A stretch of DNA of 64,000 bases from positions 63,240,001 through 63,304,000 of the forward strand of contig OX597830.1 in assembly GCA_951406725.2 (NCBI GenBank), given 5' to 3'. Both the position numbers and the translations under genes were made by a program. Every line of letters begins with the position of its first letter. The stretch's first letter is position 1. This document shows positions 39,146 to 53,931 of this stretch, in pieces. Source of the stretch: Octopus vulgaris. Lineage: Eukaryota. The notes below the pieces were generated by a model, which searched no databases, was not told where the DNA came from, and was given only the letters and a program-made list of their open reading frames with translations.

Positions 39146-39627
39146 TAACCCTTTTGATACCAATCTACCCACCCAAGACTACCCCTAAAGCACTATGTTA
39201 ATGACGACAAAGTTATTTTACTAAATCCTGTAATATTTTCAAAATCAACTGAAACATAAGTAGTCTATTTCAACAGAAATATGATAGCAAAAGGGTTAAA
39301 GTGATCTAAATTGAAACCATCCATCAAAATTCCCTGCTAATTTATGTCCCAAACACCAGTTTAATAATGACAAAGTTATTTTATTAAATTCTTTAATATT
39401 TTCTAAATCAATTGAAACATAAAAGAGTTATTTCAACAGAAATATAGTAATAAGACGGTTAAAGTGATCTGAATTAGAACCATCCATCAAAATTTCCTGC
39501 TAATTTATGTTCCAAATGCCATATCAATAATGACTTAAGTTATTTTACTGAATTCTTCAATATTTTCACAATTAACTGAAACAAAGGCAATGTATTTCAA
39601 CAGGAATATAGCAATAAAAAGACTAAA
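39146..39627. repeat. MITE-derived tandem repeat, unit about 163 bp, about 2.6 copies
   Basis: gacaaagttatttta...tttcaacagaaata recurs at about 39205, 39369 and 39531. Confidence 0.8.
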
Positions 39628-39769
39628 GGATTTTTGGCCTTAGAAGAGCAAATCATCAAAGAAGGTACATACATCTGTCATTAACAAGAATGTCATTTCT
39701 GGAAACTTCTACCATTCTTCTCTGAGTAACCCTAGCTTTAGGTCTAGCAGAAACACGTCACTTACTGAT

Positions 39770-39880
39770 CAAATCTTAATGATTTCCAACAGGAAGCTGT
39801 CATCTAAATAGTCAACAGCCTTCATCCCATCTCTGTTAATGAGGCTCAGTGCAGCAGGACCCAGGGTCTTACAATAACTT
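39770..39880 (-). mobile_element. Possible DIRS-like reverse transcriptase relic
   Basis: KTLGPAALSLINRDGMKAVDYLDDSFLL contains YLDD in a DIRS-like context; very short. Confidence 0.3.
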
Positions 39881-40409
39881 TTGTGCACATAATATTTACA
39901 CTGGCAACTCATTGTGCAGTTACTTGTGTGTGAGTGAGTGAAGTTCAATTGTGCTTGAGGCATATTCGAGCCTGTAAGGGGGCCAACTGGGTGCCTCAAA
40001 TATACGTCAGGCATATTTGAGTTGGTAACAAATTTGTATTTATACACAACACTGCTTAGTGCTGTCACTCCATATATATATATATATATATATCGTGCCG
40101 GTGGAACGTAAAAGCACCATCCGTTCGTGTCCGTTGCCAGCCTTGCCTGGCCCCCGTGCTGGTGGCACGTAAAAGCACCATCCGTTTGTGTCCGTTGCCA
40201 GCTCCGTCTGGCACCTATGCGGGTGGCATGTAAAAAGCATCCACTACACTCGCGGAGTGGTTGGCGTTAGGAAGGGCATCCAGCCGTAGAAATACTGCCA
40301 GATCTGACTGGGCCTGATGCAGCCTTCCAGCTTCATAGACCCCAGTTGAACCGTCCAACCCATGCTAGCATGGAAAACGGAAGCTAAATGATGATGATGA
40401 TGATGATGA

Positions 40410-40458
<49 letters not shown>

Positions 40459-43400
40459 TGTCAGAGTCGTTTCTCTAATGGCAGTGTATCAAAAAGTATA
40501 TGCAATATCAACAGCTCAGCAATCTTTAATTGTGAGAAATATATGACAATCTGTGGAATGTAACTGTACAATAAAACTTTCTAAAAACTTGTAATAACAT
40601 TTATGTAATAGATAGACAGAAAGAGATGAGTAGGGGGAAAGAACTAATTTTATAGACAGAGAAAGAGAAAATTAATTATCTTTATCTTGTTTCCCAGATT
40701 TGAACCAGCTGACACTGTCTGACATCTCACTAGATGTTTATACTAACTGATCCCTACTTTAAATTGGTTTCTTGAGTAGAAACCCAATTTGGTGTATACC
40801 AGCTTTCACTATATTACTGAATTGCAATGATACTTTTGCAGACTTAAGTTCTTTTTGGGTTTTTTTTCATATCATAAACTGCAGTTATTGTGGCAAGGCA
40901 CCCTAATGAGATGCTGAAGCAAAACTGGTGGCCATAAGAGTGAGAGCAAAGTGGTTTGACTACTGACAGCAAGATGAGAGGATCAAACTGGGTTAAAGCT
41001 GTTTACTCCTTAGACAGAATTCTATTTACTTCAAACACATTAGCTGAAAAACAGACATCCTTTTTTTCACACTGTTGAATGGTTGGTATAAATAAAGCAT
41101 AAACCAGTTGCTCCATCATTTCATATATGAAGGAATGAATTTACTACCCGAGTTAATATCAGTGTAAAAATGTGAAAACCACTGATAGGGATGAGGAATA
41201 TATTAAAATCATGTTAGTTTGCTGATATTAGTAGAAAATATATTTTCTTAAGCTTAACTTAGTGTATGTTTTAATAATGTTTATCAACAAAATCGATAGC
41301 TATCCAACGATGAGGGAAGATCAAAACTCACTGGAGTTCTTTGAGGACAGGCATGGTGGGATGCGACCAATGCAGTTTAATGTGTTTAATTGTGATTTCA
41401 GTCATGGGAAAATGTTTAAAGAAGAAGGTATGAATTACAGTTTCAAAGGCATGCGGCTCCACAGATGAAGATCTGAGACAAAAATATTCCAAGTAGAGAG
41501 CAAGACAGCATTGGTGGATTGTAGAATAGATCAAAATGTTTTGAAGTCGGTTTTATTTTTCACATTTTTACTGGTTTCAGTCGTTTGTGGCCATGCTGGA
41601 ACATCACCCCGAAAGGTTTGGCTAAACACATCAACCCTAGTACTTATCTTTAGGTCTAGCATATGTTCTCTCAGTCCCTCTCGCTGAATTACTGGGTTAT
41701 GGAGACATGGGAAAACCAACATCTGTTGCCACTTGGAAGTGAGGTACAAAGACACATATGTAGATAAAATGCACTCAGCACCCTCTGTAAAGTGGTTGGC
41801 ATTAGGAAGGGCAACCAGCCATAGAAACCTTGCCAAAACAGACAGTTTGGAACTTGGTGCAGCTCTCTGGCTTGCCAGCTCTTGTCAAACCATCCAACCC
41901 ATGCTAGCATGGAAAACAAACATTAAATGATGATGAAAGTACAGATTCTTACTCAGTAAGCAAGCAAATGAAAAAAAACTCATTCTGTTTTCTTGTGTCT
42001 CTGTACACTTCCAACTGCTCTAACACTGCAATTTCAAAAAAAAGAGCTTTAACAATGACGGGCTGATTTAGGTCCGTCATGAACTCTAGAGCTCAGAATG
42101 CTAGAGTTTACTTTGGTTTATATGGTGTATAAGTGACTGAGATTACATTACACCTACTGAATTGGAACACCAATCTATAACAGGGTTAACTTCCTAGCTA
42201 TTGCTGGAGCTCATTTACAGCCAAGTGGACTGTGGTGGATGAAGTGTTTTGCTTAAGAACGCAACACACTGCCTGGCATCGAAACCATGATCCTACAACT
42301 GCAAGTGCAACATCCTAACTACTAGGCTATGCAGTGCCTGAAGGGTTGGAAACAAAGAAGTCACAGATTTAAAAGTTTGAAGCAATCTAGGGAAATCATT
42401 AACATTATGAGGGATCCCACCCACCTCTTATCAGAAAATTTTACTTAAGAGCACAACAGTATTTTGGCTAAGTGTATTGAGAATTACCACTCACAAACAC
42501 AGACATGTTCAACACTTAAAAATGATCGTTTATTACTGCACATGGATGTATGTGTATTCATTCCACATTTACACATGCTAGATGTCTGAGAAAATTCAAT
42601 TGCTATCTTTTCTTTTTTTTATCCTTGTCTACCATGTTTACACAATCACAGAGAGAAGATTGACTAAATTAGCAGAGTACAACAGCACTAAACTGATAAG
42701 CTGACTAGCTCCTGTGCTGGTGGCATGTAAAAAGCACCATTCAAGTGTGACTGATGCCAGTGCCACCTGACTGGCTCCCATGCCAGTGACACGTAAAAAG
42801 CACCCAGTACACGCTTGGAGTGGTTGGCGTTAGGAAGGGCATCCAGCTGTAGAAACCTTGCCAGATCAGATTGGAGCCTGGTGCAGCCTCCTGGCTTGCC
42901 AGTCCTCACTCAAACCATCCAACCCTTGTCAGCATGGAGAGTGGACATTAAAATGATTATTATTATTATTATTATTATTAGCAAAGCAACAAGCTGGCAA
43001 AATTGTTGGTGTATCAGATAAAACGTTTAATGACATTTCTTCCAGCTAGTCACACTCTGAGTTCAAATATCAACAAGGACAGCTTTGCCTTTTGTTCTTT
43101 TGGGAGTTAATATTAATGACCCCAGTACTTGACTGATACTTTATTATCTAACCCATTCCTCCAAATTTCAGTTCTCATTGCTTATGTTACAAAACAGTTG
43201 TTGTTGCTGTTGTTATTAATTAGCTTCTGTATTTTGGGTTCAAATCCTGCTCGGGTTGACAGTCATCCTTCTTCAATGCAGAAGTTGATTCAATTAAAAA
43301 ATTAATTTTTTTTGTTTTGATTTGTATATGCTGTAGAATGTCTAGCAATAAGAAGGGTACCCAACTGTAGATGCTGCACCAAAAATGAAACGCGTTGAGT

Positions 43401-43879
43401 GAGAAACAGTTCCCTGATCAATCTAGGAGGGCAGTAGCTCTGAATAAGTACTAACTTTAACAATAACAACTCATCTGACCAATTCTATATAGTTTGGAAA
43501 GTAAACATAAAATGATAAGTTTTTTTTGCACCATTGGACCACACTGAATTCGTTGCTAGTGAGAGGTATCAACCCTTTCAGATTATGGTAGAGAGATTAT
43601 GGATTGTAAAAGAAAATGAATGAAGTCAAATACTTTCAAAGATGTTTGTTTTGTTCAATTGTCTTAAATAAACAGAGAAAAACCTAACAAACAAACACAG
43701 AACAGATGTAAGATACAACGGATGAGGGTGGATGGATGTAGTATCTCAGCATGTACATCCCACCTTTATAACCAAATACACACTCAAACAATTTCTTAGT
43801 GCATACATGAAAAGATACTAAATATGGAGAATGCAGGGGAGAGGAGGGAGAGAGAGAGAGAGAGAGAGGGAGGGAGAGC

Positions 43880-45540
43880 ACATTACTAATGTGGAGCCAA
43901 CAGAGGCCCCAGCTATCGTAGTTAACAGCAGTATAAATAAAACAATTAAGAATATGAAGACAGGGAAAGCTCCAGGCCCATCAGGAATTACTGCTGAGAT
44001 GCTTAAAATATCTGATGGTGTGGGATATGGCCTAGTCACCTGTATAATTAATCAGTTTGTCCAGGAAGGTATCATATTCAATGACTAGTGCAACAGCATT
44101 ATAGTCAACTGTTACAAGGGTAAAGGAGAGGTCTTAGAGAGAAGTAATTACAAGTGTATCAGTTTACTGGAAAAGGTCATGAAAGTTATAACTAATTATG
44201 AAGTTAGCCTAGATAAGATGCAGTTTGGTTTTGTACCTCTGATGCTCTCTTCATAGTAAGGCAACTGCAGGAGAAGTATTTAGCCAAAAATGAAACACTG
44301 TGTTTAGCATTTGTTGACAAGGAGAAAGCCTTTCACAAGGTCCCTTGGTTATTCCTCCGGTGGTCATTGCAGAAGATTGGGATAGATGAATGGCTGGTGA
44401 GAGCCGTATGAATGATGTACAGAGGTGCTGCCAGTAGGGTGAGAGTTAGTAATGAGTGTAGCAATGAATTCAATGTGCAGGTAGGAGTTCACCACGGCTT
44501 GGTTTTCAGTCCCCTCTTATTTATCATAGTCTTCCAGACCATAACAGGAGTGTAAGACTGGTTGCTCATGGGAGCTTTTCTACACTGATGACCATGTTCT
44601 TATAGTGGATTCTGTAGTAGAATTAGAAAAGGAATGCCAGGTGTGGCAGTAAAACCTGGAATTAACAGGAGCTTAAAATTAACTTAGCAAAGACCAAAGT
44701 TCTAGTTAGCAAGGAAACAGACAAACTACTAACCCCTTCAGGAAAATGGTCCTGCTTGATGTGTAGGTAGAAATTCTACATGGTGTACCAAAGCTAAATT
44801 ATGGACACTTAAGAGGCGTAGTGGAATCACAGGAAGATTAATAGAAACAATGGACTTTGTGTGTGGCAGATGCACAGGAGCAATGAACATTAAGAACATA
44901 CAGGAAATAGATTTCCTCAAATGTCCAGGTGGATCCTAAGAAGTAGTTGATAGTTTCTGTTACCTAGGTGATCTAATTAAGAGTGGAGGAGAATGTTCTG
45001 AAAGTATAGCTATTTGCTAGAATAAGAACTAGATGGAGAAAGTTCGGGGAGCTATTATTTCTGTTGGCAACAAAAGGTCTCCCCATTTCTCAGAGTAAAA
45101 GGCTGATTGTATGATGCTTGTGTATAAACAGCAATGCTACATGATGGTGAAATGAGGGCTGTGAATATAGAGGACATGTGAAGGCATGAAAGAAACAAAG
45201 CTAGCATGCTGGGTGTGCAGCATTAGTGTGCATGTACGACAAAGTATAAATGTGTTGAGAGAAAAATTGGGCATAAGCGTCATCAGATGTAGTGTGCAAG
45301 AGAGATGACAGCACAGGTATGGTCATCAGATGCAAATGGATGAGGACAGCTACGTAAGGAAGTGCCAGTTACTAAATGCGGATTGGATAGAACATATAGA
45401 AAAGGGAGACCCAGGAAAATGTGAGACAGACAGAATGGCGAAAAATGACCTTCAGAGGTTAAGCCTTACAGAGGAGATGACAAAGGTGTGAGATGATTGG
45501 CAAATTGCTGTGCTTGAAAAGACCTGTTCATCTAAGCAGA
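43880..45540 (+). mobile_element. Decayed, 5'-truncated RTE-clade LINE (reverse transcriptase region)
   Basis: MKTGKAPGPSGITAEMLK, NCYKGKG, QFGFV, LAFVDKEKAF, ELFYTDD and SFCYLGD remnants, broken by stops and frameshifts. Confidence 0.9.
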
Positions 45541-46120
45541 AATGTGGCCCTAAAGGAATGTTGCTTATTTATGTCTATACCTCAGTACACAATCAGTGTG
45601 TGACGAATCTCTGTTCAACAACTCAGCTATCTAACCCTCACCCCATTTGTGTTCACCATTCACTGCATCCATCTCATCTCTATCACTCACTCTCCTTTCG
45701 CATACTCGCAAACTTACCTGCCCACTTACTGTATCCAATCTCTCATTCCCTTAACTTGTAGTATTCCCCCTGTACCTTGAGCTCTAACACATCTTCCCTG
45801 CCACCTCTTGTCCTCTCCCGTTCAAGTGGGGCAGCCATGCCTCTCCTCTGCAGCTAAACATCTGTTTCTGTCCTATCACACTCTAACCTCTCTTCAACTG
45901 GCATAAAGCCACCTCTCTCATAATTCCTCCTCTCAGTTGAAGGTTGGGGGGGGGTGTCTTTGTCTAGCAAATTATTTGGTGATCTTGCTGGTGCCACAGA
46001 AAAAGCACACGATACACTCTGTAAAGTGACATTACAACTTGATGCAGTCCTCTGGCTTGCCAACTCCTGTCAAAACCATCCAACTCATGCCAGCATGGAA
46101 AATGGATATTAAATGGTGTT

Positions 46121-46204
<84 letters not shown>

Positions 46205-46660
46205 TGATATGTATATATCAAAAGGAAAACAGACAGAAGTTATCTAAAATCATTTTCTTGAGAATATTGAACATGATTTCAACCAACACAATATCATAGC
46301 TATTGTTACTGTGTGTGTGTATAGGCATTTTCAAGGAAGGCAATAAGTTATAACATCCATGCCTTCCAAAAAGCAATGAGTAATTTAAGGAAAATAAGTG
46401 ACTGAGAAATGAAACCATATTGTTGACTAAGTTCATCAAGGAACTAATTCCATTGGTGTACAAGGCTATTGACAACTAATCCTACTCTGCCCCGCCCTCT
46501 CTAAACTGCCATCATATTACAGCGAAATTCTTTACGGATCTAAAATAGCACCAAGTTATGGTAGTGGTTTTCCAATTTTTGTGAAATAATACAATAATAA
46601 TACAACAGAAAAGGAACTTCCAGAAAAAAGTAAAGAGTGTCAATATACCTTTTAGCTTAC

Positions 46661-46735
46661 CTGAGAGATTTTGCATAGCATTTGTTATTTGATTATCTTT
46701 GTTTTCATATTTTTTTACTTCATCATATATAAGTT
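46661..46735 (-). CDS. JNK: JNK 75-nt exon: (E)LIYDEVKKYENKDNQITNAMQNLS
   Basis: Acceptor ttcag|AA, donor G|gtaagc. ELIY.EV continues the JNK C-terminal helix; phase 1 to 1. Confidence 0.92.
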
Positions 46736-46809
46736 CTGAAAGTAGAAACAACAGGAAAATACAAATATTAGTAGAGATGGGTTGTGAAGACCTGTTGAGG
46801 CAAGTGAAA

Positions 46810-47339
46810 ATCAAATCAAAATCAAAGAATCAAATCAAAATCGATCCACATCAATGGAATTTGTAGTTTGTGGTACCAGTGCTGGTGGCACATAAGAGAA
46901 CCTTCCGAACGTGGCCGTAGCCAGCACCGCATCGACTGGCCTCCGTGCTGGTGGCACGTAATGAACACCATCCAAGTGTGGCCGTTCACCAGCCTCGTCT
47001 GGCACCTGTGTCGGTGGCACATAAAAAGAACCCACTACACTCACGGAGTGGTTGGCGTTAGGAAAGGCATCCAGCTGTAGAAACACTGCCAGATCTGACT
47101 GGCCTGGTGGAGCCTTCGGGCTTCCCAGACTCCAGTTGAACCATCCAACCCATGCTAGCATGGAAAGCGGATGCTAAACGATGATGATGATGATGATGAT
47201 GATGGGTTTGCATTTTCTATTTTTTATTTTAAAATTGGAATTTTGGTAACTTCTGAAAGAAAATGAATTCAATGTATGTACAGAATATATTTTTACTGAG
47301 ACATCAATGTGCAAGTCTTACAGTAACTGACTATCATTG

Positions 47340-47375
<36 letters not shown>

Positions 47376-47640
47376 ACATTTAATGCGTTTTCCAATGCTG
47401 GCATGGGTTGGATGGCTTGACAGGAATTGGCAAAGCCAGAGGCCGCACCAGATGCCACAGTCTGTGTTGGTTTGGTTTCTATGGCTGGATGCCCTGGTTA
47501 ATGCCAACCACTCCACAGAATGTACTGGATGTTTTTTACATGGCACCAGCAACCACACCCAAGCTTTTTATGTGGCACCAGCACCCTCACCAATGCTTTC
47601 TATGTGGCACCAGTACCCACACCAATGCTTTTCATGTGGC
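46810..47640. mobile_element. Two family B copies in tail-to-tail inverted orientation
   Basis: Plus copy ends in (GAT)n at about 47203; minus copy begins with (CAT)n at about 47338. Confidence 0.8.
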
Positions 47641-47932
47641 ATCTTGGCTTTAGGATTTCCATTCTGTTGCGGTGGGCAGGTCTTATCAAGTACAACAATA
47701 TGCCAGGAGAGAATATTGAGATGGTGGTTTGAAGATTCTCTACTAAGATGCAACTGGTCAGTCATTGTGATGGTTGGTAACAAGAAGGGAATCTGGCCAT
47801 AGAAAAATCTGCCTCAACAAATTCCACCTGATCTATGCAAACATGGATAAGTGGATGTTGTAAGGGTGGAAGCAACACCCGCAAGGGTATATATTGTATT
47901 TAAGGATGAAAATAAAAATAAAGTAAAAATAC

Positions 47933-47996
47933 CTTTCCATTCCTCTACAGAGTGTTCTCTCTCATCTACAGAGTGGTCGTAAGGTCCAGGAGCAGG
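47933..47996 (-). CDS. JNK: JNK 64-nt exon: PAPGPYDHSVDEREHSVEEWK
   Basis: Polypyrimidine tract and ctag|CCT acceptor, donor G|gtattt. Matches the JNK DEREH.VEEWK motif; phase 0 to 1. Too short for the ORF track. Confidence 0.95.
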
Positions 47997-48100
47997 CTAG
48001 AAAAGAGAAAAGAACAAAACAATTAAAATAGAAACAAATTACAATTGGTGAAACTTAGAGTAGCAACAGAGTGAAACTCCAGCTTCAAATATATATTATA

Positions 48101-48102
48101 TC

Positions 48103-48143
<41 letters not shown>

Positions 48144-48209
48144 TGTACATATATATATATATATATATACATCATATATATATATATATATATATAACAT
48201 ATATAATAT

Positions 48210-48253
<44 letters not shown>

Positions 48254-48302
48254 CATACATATATATAGAAATATATATATATACATACATATATATATAT
48301 AT

Positions 48303-48333
<31 letters not shown>

Positions 48334-48340
48334 CATGTAC

Positions 48341-48394
<54 letters not shown>

Positions 48395-48590
48395 ATGTAC
48401 ATATATATATATATATATATATATACACATTATATATATATATATATATATATATAACACACACATATATATATATACACACACACACACATACATACAC
48501 ATGATACACACATATACATATATATAATATATATATATACACATACACACACACACATACATACATATATATACAATGTGTGTGTGTGGG
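48101..48590. repeat. Compound (TA)/(CA) microsatellite, about 490 bp
   Basis: Direct inspection; it generates the YIYI/VCVC pseudo-ORFs. Confidence 0.95.
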
Positions 48591-48739
48591 TATACAGGAC
48601 ATGCCAAGATTTGCAAACAAATTTTATCATGCTATAAATAGAAGGCAATCTATTGTAATGTGGCATGCACCAAATTTTAATGTTGTTATTTCTCTTTGCA
48701 ATGTACTGGAAGCATCAACAAGGCAGATTCCAATCCGAT

Positions 48740-49070
48740 ACAGGAAATGGAAAGATACGTGATTCTGCAGCAATCAACCACAGCAACTTGGAAATCACTA
48801 GTTTCTTTAATCTCCTTTGTGTTTAGGGTTGGAAAAGAGTTGGAGGCTTTGGCAGGGAGGAGTCATCTGTGACCAAGAGAAATAAAACTTCTCAGCAGTC
48901 AACACTGTCAGAACAGATGGGTTTGTCCAATGAATTCAGGATATCCTCAATAACAACTCCAACAGGTTGATGAGAGATATTGCTCAGTAGCTCAAGGTAG
49001 CAGTGTCCACAATGATATCATGTGCTGCATGAAGATATGTACAAATCTTATGTGACAAGGTGAAAGCAGT
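48740..49070 (+). mobile_element. Decayed Tc1/mariner transposase N-terminal fragment
   Basis: TVRTDGFVQ*IQDILNNNSNRLMRDIAQ*LKVAVST resembles a transposase HTH. Confidence 0.5.
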
Positions 49071-50929
49071 ATCTGACCCACCCCAAAAATCATGTGGCTT
49101 CCTAGTGCTCCTTATCTAAACCCTTGGATTGCTGCACCCAGGGCACTGTTTGTGACAGGGGCAGTACTGACTGCTTGATCCTGATATTCAGTTGCTTTTG
49201 TGCTGTCACAGTGTTAACAGTGAAGCTAAGGGTGGTTTCGTTGAAGGGTCTGTTTCTTTGATGCGTCTTGTTAGTTGTATGGAAGCACCATTTCTCTGGA
49301 AGTGTGTTGGTTTTTTCTTCTCTATGTGGTGTTATTGTTCGGTTTTGTTCTTGGTTACTTGGTATATGCTCTGTGTGTGTGTGTGTCTATGAATAATAAT
49401 AAAATTCAAAGAATTGAAAGGTGATGTTAACCCTCATGGGATTTGAACCCCAAACCTAGAGGAATATGTTTAAATACTAAGACATTTAATCATACATACA
49501 TCTCAGTAAAATATTGAAAATAATGATTTCTGAATCTTGGAAGAGGATGTTGTTGATGAGATCGACTCCAGTATGACTGGTGTGGTTTTATTTTACTGAA
49601 ATCAGGATAAAATGTAATGTTGACCTTGGTGAGATTTGAACACAGATAATATTAGGCTGCAAGGTATTTTGTCCTGTACTTGACTGCTTCTGTCTGTCTG
49701 TCTGTCTCGCTCACACACACACACAAACCATGTTTACTTTATTTCTATGGTTTAGCCATGAACAGTGATCCCTAATCTTTCCTTTGCCCTGCACCTTTAA
49801 GATATGTTTGATTAACACCTTAGCATTTAAAACGGCCATATCCAGCCTATCACACCTACTCTTCAATGTCATTCTAAAAATATACAATCACATCACTGAA
49901 ATTTCAAAGCTACAAGATAATGCATGATTGATTTTAAAAAACTGTGAATTAATAAGCATTACATTTGACAGAGTAATCTGAATGCTAAAGAGTTAATTTT
50001 TAAACTCCCTACAGCAGGAGTATCATATTCATGGATGAAAAGTCAATTTTCCAAAAACTAATTAATTTTTCAAAAAAAGTGAACTTCACACCTAAGGACT
50101 GTGGAATAATAATATTCTTGGCATGCTTGATAGAACAAAGTTATTTTTAACTCTTTCATTATCATATTTCCAATGAAATACACTGCTTTTATTTCAATTA
50201 ATTTTGAAAATTATGAAGAATTTATTAACATAACTTTATTATTATTAGCTAATATTTAGAATATAAATTAACATGAAATTTTGACGGAAGGTTTTAATCT
50301 AGAACAGTTTAAATTGGGCAGTGTGTATAATAGAACCAGGGGTAGTCTCAAGTGTTTTGGTATCAAAAGGGTTAAGACTAAGTCAATAATTTTATTTTGT
50401 AAAAGTATTTTTAATGATGTATGCACTTTGTCCCTTTATGCACATGGTAACAATGCTTTCAACCCCAAAGCTTCTGCTGCTCATAGCCTTTTCAACTCCT
50501 CCAATGCCCCCCCCCCCCTCGCCACCTTTCAAAGATTCTTTGTCTTGCAAGTTACTTGGTAACCCTGCCAGTGCTGGTTGGTGCCACATAAAAAGCATTC
50601 AGTCCACACTGTAAAGTGGGTGGTATTTGGAAGGGCATCCAGCTGTAAAAAACATGCCAAAACTGACCTCGCCTGCGCTGGTGCCATATAGAAAGCACTT
50701 AGTCCACTCTGTGTGGTGGTTGGTGTTATGGCATCCAGCCGTAAAAATTGTGCCAAGACAGAGAGAAGTCTGGTGCAGTCTTCTGCCTGGCCAGTTCCCA
50801 CCAAGCCATCCAATCCATGCCAACATGGTAGGTGGATGTTAAATGACAATGATGATAACAAAAACTATAAACTATTTCTAGAGAACTTTCTGAGCATTTG
50901 AAAGAGTTTACTCTATTTTTACCGCTAAT

Positions 50930-51172
50930 TACTTCTTTGAATTTACTGTCACATATGAAGCCTGCCTTTCTTGTCAGATTGCTTGCAGTCCCCTTGCGAC
51001 TTTTGTGCACCTATAGTGAAATTCCTACAGACACCTTTTCTGCGTGTGGAGCATGGCCACTTTCCTCACGGTAATAGGACCGTCTTCTTTCCAGCTGAAC
51101 AAAACTTTAGTTTCTGCTAGTCTACTCTGAGGCCTCTCAATGCAAGGTTTTGCACCCACACCCCAAGTTTCT
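50930..51172 (-). mobile_element. Old RTE-like LINE fragment just inside the intron after the 311-nt exon
   Basis: Reverse complement resembles 44640-44880 (gtgtgg..aaaacct..gcagaaactaaagttttg..ggaaagtggcc). Confidence 0.5.
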
Positions 51173-51188
51173 TTTTACAAAACTCCTA

Positions 51189-51650
<462 letters not shown>

Positions 51651-53697
51651 TTAAACAAAGAGAGAGAGAAATTCTTGGGCAATGTTGGGAATCTAGCTGA
51701 GATGTGATTTCTTTAAGAAAGGGACAAAGAAGATGAGAAATGGAGAAACTGTGGTGTTTTTATGTGTTTGTCACAGATGTTATCTATGTTGGGCAAGTGA
51801 AGCTGTTTTAGCTGCAAACTGAAGACAGATGGCAAATTTTGATTGACAAAGAAAGAAGACACTCACCCAAGGTGCCACACAGTGGGAGTGAACCTGAAAC
51901 CATGCGGTTGAGAAGCAAATTTCTTGACCACATAGCCATGTTTTGATCATAAGCCGTGAGGTTAAGAAGTTTGCCTCCCAGTCAAATGGTCTTGGGTTCA
52001 GTCCCACTACATGGCACTTTGGGCAAGTGTCTTCTACTGTAGCTCCAGGCCAACCAAACCTTATTATTAGTAAATATGGTAGACAGAAACTGAAAGAAGC
52101 CTGTCGTGTGTGTGTGCGTGTTAGTTTCTCCTGGTCTTGCACGTAACATTTGTAAGCAAGTATCATGGTTTCAAAAGCAGTAGCTTTTGTTTCCAATCTT
52201 CTGTGAAAAAAAGGCATGTCTAGCCCTCGGGAAATATTACCTTACATGGAAACAGGTCAAGGTTGGCAACAGGAAAGACATCAGGCCATAGAAAAAGCTT
52301 CCTCAGCAAATTCCCTCTGACTCATGCAAGAATGGAAAAGATGATGTTAAAATGTTGATAATGAGGTTGGAAAAGATGATGATGATGATGATAGTGGTGG
52401 AGGTGGTGATGATGAAAAGTAAAATGGGAAGTTGTTGCATTGACACATTTCTGAAAAGCATGAGTAATATAAAGTGAAATGAAGAAGTCCTAACCAGGAA
52501 CTGGAACTAGGCTTCAACTTAATTCACTCCCATCCATTAAAAAACAAATGAAAAAAAAAAAAAAGAAAACAAGAGCACTCAGAGTGTGCAAACCTCCACC
52601 AACGCGCCACACCAATGTCCTCTCAATGATTAACAGGAGATGATTTTTAAAATGAGAATATCTGAAATAAAATCCTTCAAGGAATATCATGAGACCGTTT
52701 GGTTTTCTCTTCTCTTAAATTCCGGTCTTCCTTTAGTAATCCTGTTGTTTTAGATTGTGCCAGTACCAGGCCGTTGCGAGTACCGCCTGACTGGCCCTCG
52801 TGCCGGTGGCATGTAAAAGCACCTACTACAATCTTGGAGTGGTTGGCGTTAGGAAGGCCATCCAGCTGTACAAACTCTGCCAGATCAGACTGGAGCCTGA
52901 TGCAGCCATCTGTGTTAAAATGTATGTATAATCTAATATAATAATGAGTGTTGTCTTTTTATATATTTGTGTATATATATATATACATACACACACACAC
53001 ACACAAATATATAAAACCAGGAAGTCAGAACTTTTAATATATTAATTATAATGCAATTATATGCCAAAATGCATATAAGTGACGAAAAACTTGGTTTTGG
53101 ATCAAATTATGTAATCTACTTCTCATAAATCTTTAATTTTAATGGTTTAGTCACCAATTATTACAACAAATATCTGTTTGTATCATTTGTCTATGAACAC
53201 TGGATAAGGAACATCATAAAGGTTTCTGAATTCAATCCTACTCGCAGTATCTATGTAGGTGTAGGTGTGACTGTGCGGTAAGAACTTTGCTTCTTAACTA
53301 CATGGCTCCAGGTTCAGTCCCATTGCAATGCACCTTGGGCAAGTGTCTTCTGTTACAGCTTTGGCCCAACCAAAAGCCTTGTGAGTCAATATGATAGACA
53401 GAAACTGAAAGAAGCCTGTTGTATGTGTGTGCTACTGTCTCCTTCCTTGACATTGTGTGATAGCTGTAAGAATGTGTCACCATCATGGTATTCTTCATTT
53501 CCAGTCTTCTGTGGGAAGATGTCTGATCAAAGGGAAATATCACATTGCTTGGAAACAGGCAACAGTTGGTGACAGGAGGAACATTCAACCATAGAAAATC
53601 CACCACAATGAATTCTATCCAACCCCCCACACACATGGTAAAGTGGATGTTAAAAGATGATGATTGTTGAATTGGAGATTAAACTATTTAAACTAGT

Positions 53698-53931
53698 TAT
53701 TTCTTTACTACCCACAAGGGGCTAAACACAGAGGGGACAAACAAGGACAGACAAATGGATTAAGTCGGTTATATCGACCCCAGTGCGTAACTGGTACTTA
53801 ATTTATCGACCCCGAAAGGATGAAAGGTAAAGTCGACCTCGGCGGAATTTGAACTCAGAACGTAATGCCAGACGAAATACGGCTACGCATTTCGCCCGGC
53901 GTGCTAACGTTTCTGCCAGCTCACTGCCTTA
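53698..53931 (-). mobile_element. tRNA-derived SINE family C (Deu/Nin-domain-like core), young full-length copy inside the U12 intron
   Basis: Minus strand aaggcagtgagctggcagaaacg...gagttcaaattcc...cctttcatcctttcggggtcgataaattaagtaccag; CpGs retained; atttaaactag on both sides looks like a target-site duplication. Confidence 0.85.

Noticed and set aside
48101-48666. Long ORFs of YIYI/VCVC/THTH type here and at about 8983-10431, 12780-13214 and 30168-30422
   Set aside because: They are translations of stop-free dinucleotide microsatellites, not genes.
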